61,675 bases of DNA from a virus (Duplodnaviria > Caudoviricetes), in the IMG/VR virus record IMGVR_UViG_3300037247_000790, positions 1 to 61,675 of that record. One strand, given 5' to 3'. Positions 1 to 8,307 of the stretch are shown one piece after another. Numbering within the stretch: position 1 is the first letter of the stretch; every line of letters begins with the position of its first letter. The position numbers were made by a program, and so were the translations under genes. The notes beneath the pieces are model-generated. The model worked only from the letters and a program-made list of their open reading frames with translations. It was not told the DNA's origin and did no database searches.

Positions 1-130
1 TGTATTCCGCATGCAGACGATCGTGAAGTCAGGCCTCTTCCCGCCAGCCATTAGCCATAGAGCTAACCATCTACTCATTGTGGGATTCTTAACAACTTCC
101 GGTAGTCCCTCGGAGACCTGTGCTACCCTC
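1..130. repeat. Terminal direct repeat, copy 1 (circular assembly overlap)
   Basis: Identical to 61546-61675 except position 127 (C vs A at 61672); lies inside an ORF. Confidence 0.95.
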
Positions 131-429
131 TCCCGCACCTGATCAGCCAGCATTGGATCATCTACAGCTAGTGCTGAGCACGACTTAGAGATTGCCTTAC
201 GGGAAGCCTTCGCAAAATGGCCAGGAAAGTAACGCATGTTCCAGCTCATGCACAGTTTGTACAGTGGCCGATGCTCCATTCCCCGTACCTGCTTGCCCGC
301 CTCCCTATTTGGGATGTTATCAATGTCTGTGTCATCTCCCAGATCATAGCCCAATTCCTTGAGCAGTGCTGCAAGGAATGTAGTACCAGATCCAGGATGG
401 CCGGTGATGAGAATGAATCTCTTATCCAA
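1..429 (-). CDS. Sulfotransferase-family (P-loop) protein, N-terminal part; continues across the circular join into 61545-61186 (~262 aa total)
   Basis: Hand translation from TTG at 429 (RBS AGGAGG at 435-440): MDKRFILITGHPGSGTTFLAALLKELGYDLG...EVVKNPTMSRWL, in frame with the 145-aa ORF; GxxxSGTT, VKNP and IVCMRN match sulfotransferase PAPS-binding motifs. Confidence 0.7.
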   Translation of the reverse strand, partial: MDKRFILITGHPGSGTTFLAALLKELGYDLGDDTDIDNIPNREAGKQVRGMEHRPLYKLCMSWNMRYFPGHFAKASRKAISKSCSALAVDDPMLADQVRERVAQVSEGLPEVVKNPTMSRWLALWLMAGGKRPDFTIVCMRNT

Positions 430-438
430 GATTGCCTC

Positions 439-744
439 CTAAGTATTCGGGATCAGTGACGTGTCCAACCGCTTGTGCCCCTGATCGTCTTCTCGAACAG
501 CCTTACGGATTTCCTCCAAACTGCGGTCATAATCCCACCCTCTCGTCTTCAGACCTTTCTTCTGCGCCTCATCTGCGTACTCCCCAGGCGGAGGCGCGGC
601 ACGATCAATGATGGCCGTCTGCTCGTAGAATGGGATACGCTTCGCCACTTCTCCGCATCTGCACAAGGCAGACACGTCATCCATCTTCGCTAATCGGTCG
701 AAGAATTCGTCGCATTGTGGGCAACGAAAGCTATATAGCGGCAT
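439..744 (-). CDS. FmdB-family zinc-ribbon protein
   Basis: MPLYSFRCPQC...CRCG...KR N-terminal motif; RBS AGGAGG. Confidence 0.75.
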   Translation of the reverse strand: MPLYSFRCPQCDEFFDRLAKMDDVSALCRCGEVAKRIPFYEQTAIIDRAAPPPGEYADEAQKKGLKTRGWDYDRSLEEIRKAVREDDQGHKRLDTSLIPNT

Positions 745-757
745 TTGATCCTCCTAT

Positions 758-1423
758 TTACGGAATCGCAGTAGCTGGTAACTCGGCCCAGATTGCGGTA
801 GCGAACACGTCGTTGGCACCGTTTGCAGCCATCCAACAGACGAGACTCCCCGCACCCACGATGATCGGAGGCAGAGTCTTTAACGCAGTCCACCGAAACA
901 TGCTAAGAACGGCTATCCCATCAATAGCGGGGACAGCACCAGGCAGGGCTAAGGATTCACGGAAGAACTCGAAGTAGTTGGAACCTCCAGTTACGTCGGT
1001 TACAGTACCTACTTCAGCAGCACACTGGCTTCCTCGCGGACTGTCGGTACGCAGGTTTGTAATCCCCTGCCCGCCGCTAGCATCAGAGAGGGTATTCGAT
1101 ACCGCTGCGATTGCTTCACTATCGGTCTCACTTGCCCACGCCATGTCGAGTCCAAGCGTGATCGACATCGGAATCATTGCAATACCTGCAACTGTGTCTA
1201 CTGCCAGGTCAGGAGTGGTAGCGACGTACGTGGCAGATCCCGTATCAGGGGAAGTGCCTGTACCACTATTGGTTCCAAAAAGCACGCCTTCAAGTAGCAA
1301 CGCGACATACCAAGGAGCGGTAATCAGCGATCCATCTAATGTTGCACGAAGCTCTACCTCTCCACCGTCTGAAGGTCGTGGTAAGTTGATTTGCTTGCCC
1401 TTAGCCCGAAGTATTTCAGTCAT
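758..1423 (-). CDS. Putative virion structural/decoration protein, paralogue A
   Basis: Closely similar to 1458-2123; ends WAELPATAIP; A/G/S/T-rich; in structural arm. Confidence 0.6.
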   Translation of the reverse strand: MTEILRAKGKQINLPRPSDGGEVELRATLDGSLITAPWYVALLLEGVLFGTNSGTGTSPDTGSATYVATTPDLAVDTVAGIAMIPMSITLGLDMAWASETDSEAIAAVSNTLSDASGGQGITNLRTDSPRGSQCAAEVGTVTDVTGGSNYFEFFRESLALPGAVPAIDGIAVLSMFRWTALKTLPPIIVGAGSLVCWMAANGANDVFATAIWAELPATAIP

Positions 1424-1457
1424 TTGGTTTCTCCTTTCTTACGAATTTACTCCTTGC

Positions 1458-2123
1458 TTACGGCACAGCAGTTATTGGAAGTTCTGCCCACACTGCAGTG
1501 GCAAACACATCATTTGCAGCATTGGTGGACATCCAACATCCTAGATTTCCTGCACCCACGATCATCGGCGCGATCCCATCAAGAATACTCCAACGAAACA
1601 TGCTAAGAACAGCACTAGGGTTAAGATCGGGGGTGCCACCAGCCAATGCAACGGACTCACGGAAGAACTCGAAGTAAGCCGATCCGCCTGTCACATTCGC
1701 GACTCCAGCAACCTCGGCCGCACACTGGCTTGCCCTTGGACTATCCGTTCGTAAGTTCACAATAGACTGCGTGCCGTCAGCGCCCGAAATAGTATTGGAT
1801 ACGGACGCAATAGCTTCACTATCGGTCTCGTTGGCCCACGTCATGTCAAGTCCAAGAGTAATGGCAAGTGGGAGCATTGCAATACCTGCAACTGTGTCCA
1901 CAGATAGATCAGGAGTGGTATTTGCATATACAGCAGACGTAGTATACGGATCGGTGCCCGTACCATTGTTCGTCCCGAAGACAGAGCCTTCAAGAAGAAG
2001 TGCTAGATACCACGGGGTGGTAATCAGCGATCCGTCCAACGTCGCACGGAGTTCAATGATTCCACCATCCGAAGTCCGCCGGAGGTTGATCTGCTTGCCC
2101 GTGGCCTTTAGTATTTCACTCAT
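1458..2123 (-). CDS. Putative virion structural/decoration protein, paralogue B
   Basis: Start moved to ATG at 2123 (RBS AAAGGAG); shares ELRATLDGSLIT.PWY.ALLLEG with A. Confidence 0.6.
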   Translation of the reverse strand: MSEILKATGKQINLRRTSDGGIIELRATLDGSLITTPWYLALLLEGSVFGTNNGTGTDPYTTSAVYANTTPDLSVDTVAGIAMLPLAITLGLDMTWANETDSEAIASVSNTISGADGTQSIVNLRTDSPRASQCAAEVAGVANVTGGSAYFEFFRESVALAGGTPDLNPSAVLSMFRWSILDGIAPMIVGAGNLGCWMSTNAANDVFATAVWAELPITAVP

Positions 2124-2184
2124 TTTGTTCACTCCTTTCGTTAGGATTTAGTGGGGCCGAATACGGTAATCGACCCCAGAATCG

Positions 2185-2874
2185 TTACACAATCGCGGAT
2201 TCGGGTAGTTCCGCCCAAGTTGCGATGATGAACATTGTCTGCGCGCCTGCAGCGTTCGAGACGTACAAAGACAGAGAACCCGTGCCGACGATAATCGGAG
2301 GAGCGCCTGCTTCTATCGCACTCCACTGCCAAGCATATGCGTTGCCAGCACCAACACCGGCGCCTATAGTACCAGAGGAGCCCTGTGCCATTGCCTCTGG
2401 ACGCCAGAACTCATCATAGTTCCCAGAGTAGGGAGTCGTACCCGCACCCGTAACCGTACCTGAAGCCGTGCAGTTCGAACTAAACGGAGCGTCTGAACGC
2501 TTGTTGTAGATCGTCTGCGGGGTTGCAGTTACAGTTGCATCAGAAACAGAAGATGCCACAGCAACAATGTCCTGGACAGCGCCCGCTGCCAAGGTGTCCT
2601 GAATGGCGATCTGCATGAAGACGGGGATAACCACAGTCTGGTCAGGCACGTGAATGAACAAGTCCTGCTCGTCAGCCGCAAAGACAGCGTTCACTGCAAC
2701 AGGCGTACTAGCCTCACCGAAGTTCACTGTAAAACAGCGACCTTCAAGCGCAAGAGCTACGTACCAGTCAGCCGTGAACATCGTACCATCACGGGTGCCA
2801 CGGACTAGAGCCAGATTCCCGTCTGAGGTTCGCCCAACGCCGCCCTGTTGGGCACTTAGTCGTATGTTACTCAT
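2185..2874 (-). CDS. Putative virion structural/decoration protein, paralogue C
   Basis: Start at ATG 2874 after GAAAGGAGTAAACAAA; RGTRDGT.FTADWY.ALALEG shared with D. Confidence 0.6.
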   Translation of the reverse strand: MSNIRLSAQQGGVGRTSDGNLALVRGTRDGTMFTADWYVALALEGRCFTVNFGEASTPVAVNAVFAADEQDLFIHVPDQTVVIPVFMQIAIQDTLAAGAVQDIVAVASSVSDATVTATPQTIYNKRSDAPFSSNCTASGTVTGAGTTPYSGNYDEFWRPEAMAQGSSGTIGAGVGAGNAYAWQWSAIEAGAPPIIVGTGSLSLYVSNAAGAQTMFIIATWAELPESAIV

Positions 2875-2928
2875 TTTGTTTACTCCTTTCGTCAGAATTA
2901 ATGGGGTCAAGCATTGGCCCCAGGATTA

Positions 2929-3618
2929 TTACACAATTGCGGTTTCAGGCAGTTCGACCCACGTTGCGATAATAAAGCCCGTTTGGGCGGTCGCAGCGTT
3001 CGAACACCAGATTGACAAGGAGCCCGTACCGACGATAATTGGGGGGATACCCGCTTTGGCTGCGCTCCACTTCCATGCGTAGGCGTTGCCAATACCAATA
3101 CCGGCACCTACAGCGGCAGAGTCGCCCTGTGCCATTGCTTCAGGACGCCAGAACTCGTCGTAGTTTCCCGTGTAAGGAGAAGTACCAGCACCTGTGACAC
3201 TACCATTCGCAGTACAATTTGAACTGAACGGGGCATCTGAACGCTTGTTATAGATCGTCTGCGAGGTGCCGGTTACTGCCGCGTCAGAGACATTCGAAGC
3301 TACGGCAACAATGTCCTGAAGGGCACCAGCAGCCGTCGTGTCCTGAACGGCAATCTGGAGAAAGACGGGGATAATCACGGTGGCATCTGGCACGTGAACA
3401 AACAAGTCCTGCTGAACTATGTCGAAGGCAGCACCAAACGCGACTGGATCAGTACCTTCACCGAAGTTTACGGTGAAACAGCGGCCCTCTAGAGCAAGGG
3501 CTAGATACCAGTCAGCGGTAAACGGGGTTCCGTCGCGGGTGCCACGAACATCCTTCAGATTCCCGTCTGAAGTTCGCCCAACGTTGTTTTGCTGGGCACG
3601 GATTCTTACATCACTCAT
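2929..3618 (-). CDS. Putative virion structural/decoration protein, paralogue D
   Basis: Closely similar to C; same leader GAAAGGAGTAAACAAAATG. Confidence 0.6.
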   Translation of the reverse strand: MSDVRIRAQQNNVGRTSDGNLKDVRGTRDGTPFTADWYLALALEGRCFTVNFGEGTDPVAFGAAFDIVQQDLFVHVPDATVIIPVFLQIAVQDTTAAGALQDIVAVASNVSDAAVTGTSQTIYNKRSDAPFSSNCTANGSVTGAGTSPYTGNYDEFWRPEAMAQGDSAAVGAGIGIGNAYAWKWSAAKAGIPPIIVGTGSLSIWCSNAATAQTGFIIATWVELPETAIV

Positions 3619-3718
3619 TTTGTTTACTCCTTTCTCGTTCCTTTTATATATGACCCATACTGGGTGTTCCGAGAGCGCGTACCGTACAGGTGAGTGGAAC
3701 TGCCACCTACGCGCGGCT

Positions 3719-4489
3719 CTATGCGATTAACGCCGTCCTTTCTTGCCAAGCCTGGATGTAATCGACATCAAGGCTGTTGGATTCGGCGTGCAGCCAGATG
3801 CTCAAGGCGGCGTTCCGCCCAGGTCCTGACCGTTCAACGTCTGTGGGCATACCATCAACCCACAGACGGGATTCAGCTTGTTCATTTGTAGCGATCATTA
3901 GCGTGTGATACTCTGCTGTGATTGCCACGGTCTTCTCTCTTGTACCTGCTCCAACGGTATTACCAGCATCTACTCCTCTGGTCACAAGACCATAGAGGGA
4001 AGAGTTGCTGGCATCCCTAACGGCAATTGTGTGATCCCGCACAGCGAGTTGCACCACAGGACCAGAACCGTTCAGGATTACGCCCGATGAGACGTTGATG
4101 ACACCCTCACCGACAAAGCCGAATTCAATCTTACCAGACAGGCCGGAAAGCCTTAGTCGGATGATCGCAGTTGCTCTCTTCGCCGCCCGCCAGCCGAAGA
4201 CTCGATTACGAAGGGACAGTCCGCCATGAGGACGGTCTTCTTCTGGCTCAGGAATGCTCGATCCATAAATGCGGCCCATCATGTTTTCCGAGTCCCAGAT
4301 GAAGCCGCCGTTGACCCATCGGAAGGGATCGATCGAGTGATCGAACTCGTCCTTCATTACGTAGACCGAATCGGTGCATAGTTGCTCAAGTAGCGCAGCA
4401 ACCGCTCGATCGTGTCCCACCATGCGGTGAAGTAATCTCCGGTTGAGATGGTCGTTAGGCGCTGCGGCAGGAATTGCTGGTTCGCCCAT
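3719..4489 (-). CDS. Putative beta-sandwich (ConA/LamG-like) virion protein, paralogue of 4489-5280
   Basis: LLEQLCT...DEF, KIEFGF, NE..E.R.W.DG..RSGP, VDYIQAWQER shared with neighbour. Confidence 0.5.
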   Translation of the reverse strand: MGEPAIPAAAPNDHLNRRLLHRMVGHDRAVAALLEQLCTDSVYVMKDEFDHSIDPFRWVNGGFIWDSENMMGRIYGSSIPEPEEDRPHGGLSLRNRVFGWRAAKRATAIIRLRLSGLSGKIEFGFVGEGVINVSSGVILNGSGPVVQLAVRDHTIAVRDASNSSLYGLVTRGVDAGNTVGAGTREKTVAITAEYHTLMIATNEQAESRLWVDGMPTDVERSGPGRNAALSIWLHAESNSLDVDYIQAWQERTALIA

Positions 4490-5280
4490 TACGGGTTTGT
4501 CGCCCTGCTCTGCCAGACCTTGCAGTAATCTACGTTTAGTGGACGCGCATCAGTAGAACGGGCTTGGATGAAGAACCAAGGCGTGAGGGTCGTACCCGTG
4601 TTAGGACCAGACCGCAATACGCCAGAAAACCCACCATCCAGCCAGAAACGACACTCTCTGATCTCGTTGACCGTCAACAGGATCACAATGCCCGTTGTCG
4701 CAGCGGCTGTTGGAACCGATCCAACAGAAGCTACAGAACCAGCAGAATCCGTTGTGCCATCCGAGTGCAGATCAATGCTCGTGTTGTGGTCCGTGTCACG
4801 AATAACAACTGCGTAATCCGCCGAGGTCGAAGTTGGCGTAGTCTTTACATTAACGGCACCAGCAGCAACTCCGTCGATAAAGCCAACTTCCCACTTGGAT
4901 TCCGTGACTCCTGTGATTGGAACGATTCGTGTCAGAAGCGCTGGACGATATTCGGGATCGACGTGCTCAGCAGCCATAATCATCCGAGCCCACCTGTCGG
5001 CACCACCTGTACCGCCTGTGCCCTGAATAAGACCGTTGACTCCAGCAGTACTGGCAAAGCTAGACTCGCCACCAGAGCTGGAATTCGAGACCGTCCAGAG
5101 GTCGGTGTTTAACACACCAACAAATTCGTCGTCTACAATAGGAACAACATCTCGTGTGCAAAGCTGGGCGAGCAAATGGTAAATCGGATTAGACGGCCCG
5201 ATCCTTTCCCTTAATCGGGCATTCGTGAATGCTTTTCCACCATCCCATTCACTTGCAAATTGGGGGGTTGGTTCGCTCAT
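4489..5280 (-). CDS. Putative beta-sandwich (ConA/LamG-like) virion protein
   Basis: DDEF...W near N-terminus and VDYCKVWQ C-terminus, typical of GH16/ConA-like folds. Confidence 0.5.
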   Translation of the reverse strand: MSEPTPQFASEWDGGKAFTNARLRERIGPSNPIYHLLAQLCTRDVVPIVDDEFVGVLNTDLWTVSNSSSGGESSFASTAGVNGLIQGTGGTGGADRWARMIMAAEHVDPEYRPALLTRIVPITGVTESKWEVGFIDGVAAGAVNVKTTPTSTSADYAVVIRDTDHNTSIDLHSDGTTDSAGSVASVGSVPTAAATTGIVILLTVNEIRECRFWLDGGFSGVLRSGPNTGTTLTPWFFIQARSTDARPLNVDYCKVWQSRATNP

Positions 5281-5347
5281 ACTCTACTCCTTTCGGGTCT
5301 CGTGGGGCTGCCTGAGTATGGAGGTGTCTCCCACGGCTCCGAGTTTA

Positions 5348-5545
5348 TTACTTCGCCCTGCGCCGTCGCGGTTGGGGGCCTGTGCTGACTGCTCTCTCTA
5401 CGCGGTTCCTTTGACGAGCACGGTTGCGTGCTGTTACTCCTTGAGGTGGTATGCGAGGATTCGTAGTTCTGGAACCAATAGGGCGTCGTCTGGAACGTCC
5501 AGAACCAATAGTTCGTCCTCTAGCACGTCCTCTTTGTATTGCCAT
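5348..5545 (-). CDS. Small Arg-rich basic protein (possible DNA-condensing/core protein)
   Basis: 65 aa, about one third Arg; RBS AGGAG; own upstream promoter. Confidence 0.55.
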   Translation of the reverse strand: MAIQRGRARGRTIGSGRSRRRPIGSRTTNPRIPPQGVTARNRARQRNRVERAVSTGPQPRRRRAK

Positions 5546-5585
5546 CTAATTCTCCTACTACTTCGGAGTTCGGTCATCCATAATC

Positions 5586-5620
5586 ATTGTACCATAAATC
5601 TAACCTTTACGTCAAGGTTA
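5586..5620 (-). promoter_or_regulatory. Sigma70-type promoter TTGACG-18-TACAAT with overlapping palindrome
   Basis: -35 at 5610-5615, TGn-extended -10 at 5586-5591; near-palindrome TAACCTTTACGTCAAGGTTA at 5601-5620. Confidence 0.65.
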
Positions 5621-6283
5621 AGAATGTCGCAAATCCCGTCGTTCGGTAATCAAGATGGGCTCCTGTATTGGAGGCAGGGATACCGCGTCTATGGGACGGA
5701 ATGTGTAATCTCCCGTGTGGCCCAAGACTGGTAGCAGATCAGCATATACAGAATGCCCCATTTGCCTCACCCGATGGCAGAATGACCAGTCTTCCGACAA
5801 CCATTCGTTCCTGATGATAATCGGCAGGAAGTATGGATGGAATCCATGATCAAGCCACATGCCCTCCCATATTGCCTCGCGGGCGATCGCCATGAATCCT
5901 GCAGATACATACCTGCAATCTAACAGACGATCGGACGGGATCTCATACGATTCATCCTTCATCGTTTCAAAAGGAAGGCGGGCGTGAAACTGCCTCTTCG
6001 CATACACGCCCGCCACGATCCCCTTCACTTCCTGTGCCTTTTCTACAATTCGTGCGAGGTCATCCGGTTGCCAGTCTACATCGTGATCGATCATAACCAG
6101 TACTGGCTCTGTGCCATTCTCTACAAAGTCCGTTGCGATCATCGAACGGGTTCGCCCGATGTCGGCATCATTTCCGGCCCAAATGATGTTGAGGTCAGGC
6201 CACCTTCGCGCGTCCCTGATAAGGCACTTTGCTGTCTCAGGGAGGACATTCCGGTATGCGAAGAAGGCTAGCCTTGCCTTCAT
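5618..6283 (-). CDS. GT-A fold (GT2-like) glycosyltransferase
   Basis: IGRTRSMIA, MIDHDVDW (DxD), SAGFMAI, SEDWSFC, LGHTG motifs. Confidence 0.8.
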   Translation of the reverse strand: MKARLAFFAYRNVLPETAKCLIRDARRWPDLNIIWAGNDADIGRTRSMIATDFVENGTEPVLVMIDHDVDWQPDDLARIVEKAQEVKGIVAGVYAKRQFHARLPFETMKDESYEIPSDRLLDCRYVSAGFMAIAREAIWEGMWLDHGFHPYFLPIIIRNEWLSEDWSFCHRVRQMGHSVYADLLPVLGHTGDYTFRPIDAVSLPPIQEPILITERRDLRHS

Positions 6284-6600
6284 CCCACTTTCACAACTTC
6301 AGTGGCTTCCGTGGGAGTATGAAAATCAAGCAGCATACAAATTCGCTCCAAGGCCTCACCGACAGCCCACTGCTCACCATCCCGATGTTTGAGCATCGTG
6401 GCAATCTCTCGCAGTCGAGAGTGGACATCAGGATGAGCCAATAGTGCAAATGGGGCAAGATATGGCTGCATGGCCTGAGCAATGCTCTGGGCAAAGTCCA
6501 CATCCATCTTGCGCTTCTCGTTCTCTGGACGACACCAAATCTGAGCAGCCCATGCTGTTGCTACCCGCGATTCCCATGTTTCAACGCATTCGTCATTCAT
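6280..6600 (-). CDS. Hypothetical protein
   Basis: ORF with RBS GAGGAGG; coupled to GT gene. Confidence 0.6.
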   Translation of the reverse strand: MNDECVETWESRVATAWAAQIWCRPENEKRKMDVDFAQSIAQAMQPYLAPFALLAHPDVHSRLREIATMLKHRDGEQWAVGEALERICMLLDFHTPTEATEVVKVG

Positions 6601-6601
6601 A

Positions 6602-7507
6602 TTATTCCTCCTCCTCAAGACCTTTGAGACTAGGCTTTATTGCAGCAAACCGCCCGCTTCGGATCGGGATACCCTGATCCCTTAGAGCAAGAGCAGCTTC
6701 CTGTCGTGGGTACTTGTGTGTTTGGCTCAGATGATCGAAACACGCACGTGCAGTGTGGGAATCATCTGCCAGGAAGTACAACTCCAGATCACAGTCATCG
6801 CAGGCAAAAATCAACTCCTGCCCACGAATTTCCTCATACTGAGGAAAGGTCAGGCCCGTAATCGGCGGGTCAATGTGCCATTTTAGCGCGAGAACCTGCC
6901 CTGCTGGAAACTCCTTGGCCCCACCATTGTTGAGCATACTATGAAACTCGGCACCAGGGCCGCTTACGTCGGAGGGGACTGGGGCCACTCCATACCTGGT
7001 AATCGGACGCATGCCCTTAGCCACATAGTTGGCAAAAGCACCAACATTTCGTTTGCCTGTCACAGTCTGCCCGCCAGGAGCGGTAACGATCCAACCAGAC
7101 ATGGGATCATCTGGACGATCGGGCCGCTGGTAATACTGCCAGGGATAGCCACCAGGCCCACCTTCGACAACTCCACCCTCGCCTCCGGCTTTTGCTACCT
7201 GAGTACGAAGATCAGCAATCTCCGCCTGCATGTTAGCGAGGACTTCAGCTACTGCGGGATCGGATACTTCTTCAGGATTGGGTGGGACGGCAACCGTTGC
7301 CACGTCTGGTTTGGCCGCAGGCTTGCGTAGTTCCTTCTGCACCTGACCAACAGACTCTGCCGCGTCGTCGTGGGCAGTGGTCTTCAACTGCTCACCCGTC
7401 GCGTTGCGAGCGCCTATCTCGCCGTCTTCAAGGTCAAGATTAGGCTCATTACTGTAAGGCACCAGCTTGTCGATTTCTTTCTGCTGGGCATCGTTATCTT
7501 CGTTCAT
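6602..7507 (-). CDS. Hypothetical protein with C-terminal C2H2-like zinc motif
   Basis: Probable start MNEDND at 7507; CDDC...HLSQTH. Confidence 0.55.
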   Translation of the reverse strand: MNEDNDAQQKEIDKLVPYSNEPNLDLEDGEIGARNATGEQLKTTAHDDAAESVGQVQKELRKPAAKPDVATVAVPPNPEEVSDPAVAEVLANMQAEIADLRTQVAKAGGEGGVVEGGPGGYPWQYYQRPDRPDDPMSGWIVTAPGGQTVTGKRNVGAFANYVAKGMRPITRYGVAPVPSDVSGPGAEFHSMLNNGGAKEFPAGQVLALKWHIDPPITGLTFPQYEEIRGQELIFACDDCDLELYFLADDSHTARACFDHLSQTHKYPRQEAALALRDQGIPIRSGRFAAIKPSLKGLEEEE

Positions 7508-7524
7508 TAGGACGTTCCTTTCGT

Positions 7525-8028
7525 CTACGTCTGTGGTAATCGACCTGGCCCGAATACTTTGGGATTCTTGGCCAGACGCTCTGCTTCTTTTCGATCTGCT
7601 ATGGACGTTAGGATTTCCACTGCCTGCTTCGGCGCCCAGAAAATGCCAACTATTCGATACTCCACTTCTCCTTCGCATTCCTCCAAACTCATGGCCCTTT
7701 TTGCGGGCAGGTCGATGACCTCCTCTTTCCCATCGGGACCAACCACGGTCTCAGTACGCTGGGAGACCTTGTACTTCCGTTCCCAGTCGATTGCATACCA
7801 GTTGGCTACCGATCCATCTGGATTCTCGATCCACACTGGATTCGGCATGCCCTGATGCTTGTAGAGGATCAGACCACGTAACTCCATGTGCATCACGAAG
7901 TCAGACTGAGCGGAAGCGAGTTCACGTTCCAGCTCAGGCCCCCGTACACCAAAGTCTAGGATGATTGACCCAACCTTATGGGTCAGCCCGTAGTCGGGGT
8001 CTTCCTCCACACGTATTTGTGTTGTCAT
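7525..8028 (-). CDS. Hypothetical protein (post-capsid)
   Basis: 167-aa ORF in operon order. Confidence 0.6.
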   Translation of the reverse strand: MTTQIRVEEDPDYGLTHKVGSIILDFGVRGPELERELASAQSDFVMHMELRGLILYKHQGMPNPVWIENPDGSVANWYAIDWERKYKVSQRTETVVGPDGKEEVIDLPAKRAMSLEECEGEVEYRIVGIFWAPKQAVEILTSIADRKEAERLAKNPKVFGPGRLPQT

Positions 8029-8061
8029 CTAGTACGGCTTGCGTCGTTTCTTCTTAGCCAT
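8029..8061 (-). CDS. Putative 10-aa basic micropeptide MAKKKRRKPY
   Basis: SD-like AGGGGG upstream; TAG stop abuts ATG of next gene. Confidence 0.35.
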   Translation of the reverse strand: MAKKKRRKPY

Positions 8062-8072
8062 TCGATCCCCCT

Positions 8073-8105
8073 GGGGGCTGAGGTTCAACGCCCCAGCCCC
8101 CTTTT
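8073..8105. terminator. GC-rich hairpin after capsid cluster (terminator or processing site)
   Basis: GGGGGCTG...CAGCCCCC stem; T-run only on + strand. Confidence 0.4.
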
Positions 8106-8112
8106 CACGACC

Positions 8113-8307
8113 TTACTTGTTCGCGGGCTTTCCGCCACCCTTACCTGCTGTGGAAGGAATACCACTAGCATCATCGCCTGACGGCATACTCATTGTACGA
8201 CCGCTGCCATGCCCAGCATTACTGGTGCCTGGCGGGCGATTCCTACCAGATGGAGTCCGATTCTTAACAGCCTTCTTGGTGACTGAGGGACTCATTACTT
8301 TCCCCAT
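8113..8307 (-). CDS. Small G/S/K-rich protein coupled to capsid gene
   Basis: TAATG stop/start overlap with MCP. Confidence 0.55.
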   Translation of the reverse strand: MGKVMSPSVTKKAVKNRTPSGRNRPPGTSNAGHGSGRTMSMPSGDDASGIPSTAGKGGGKPANK

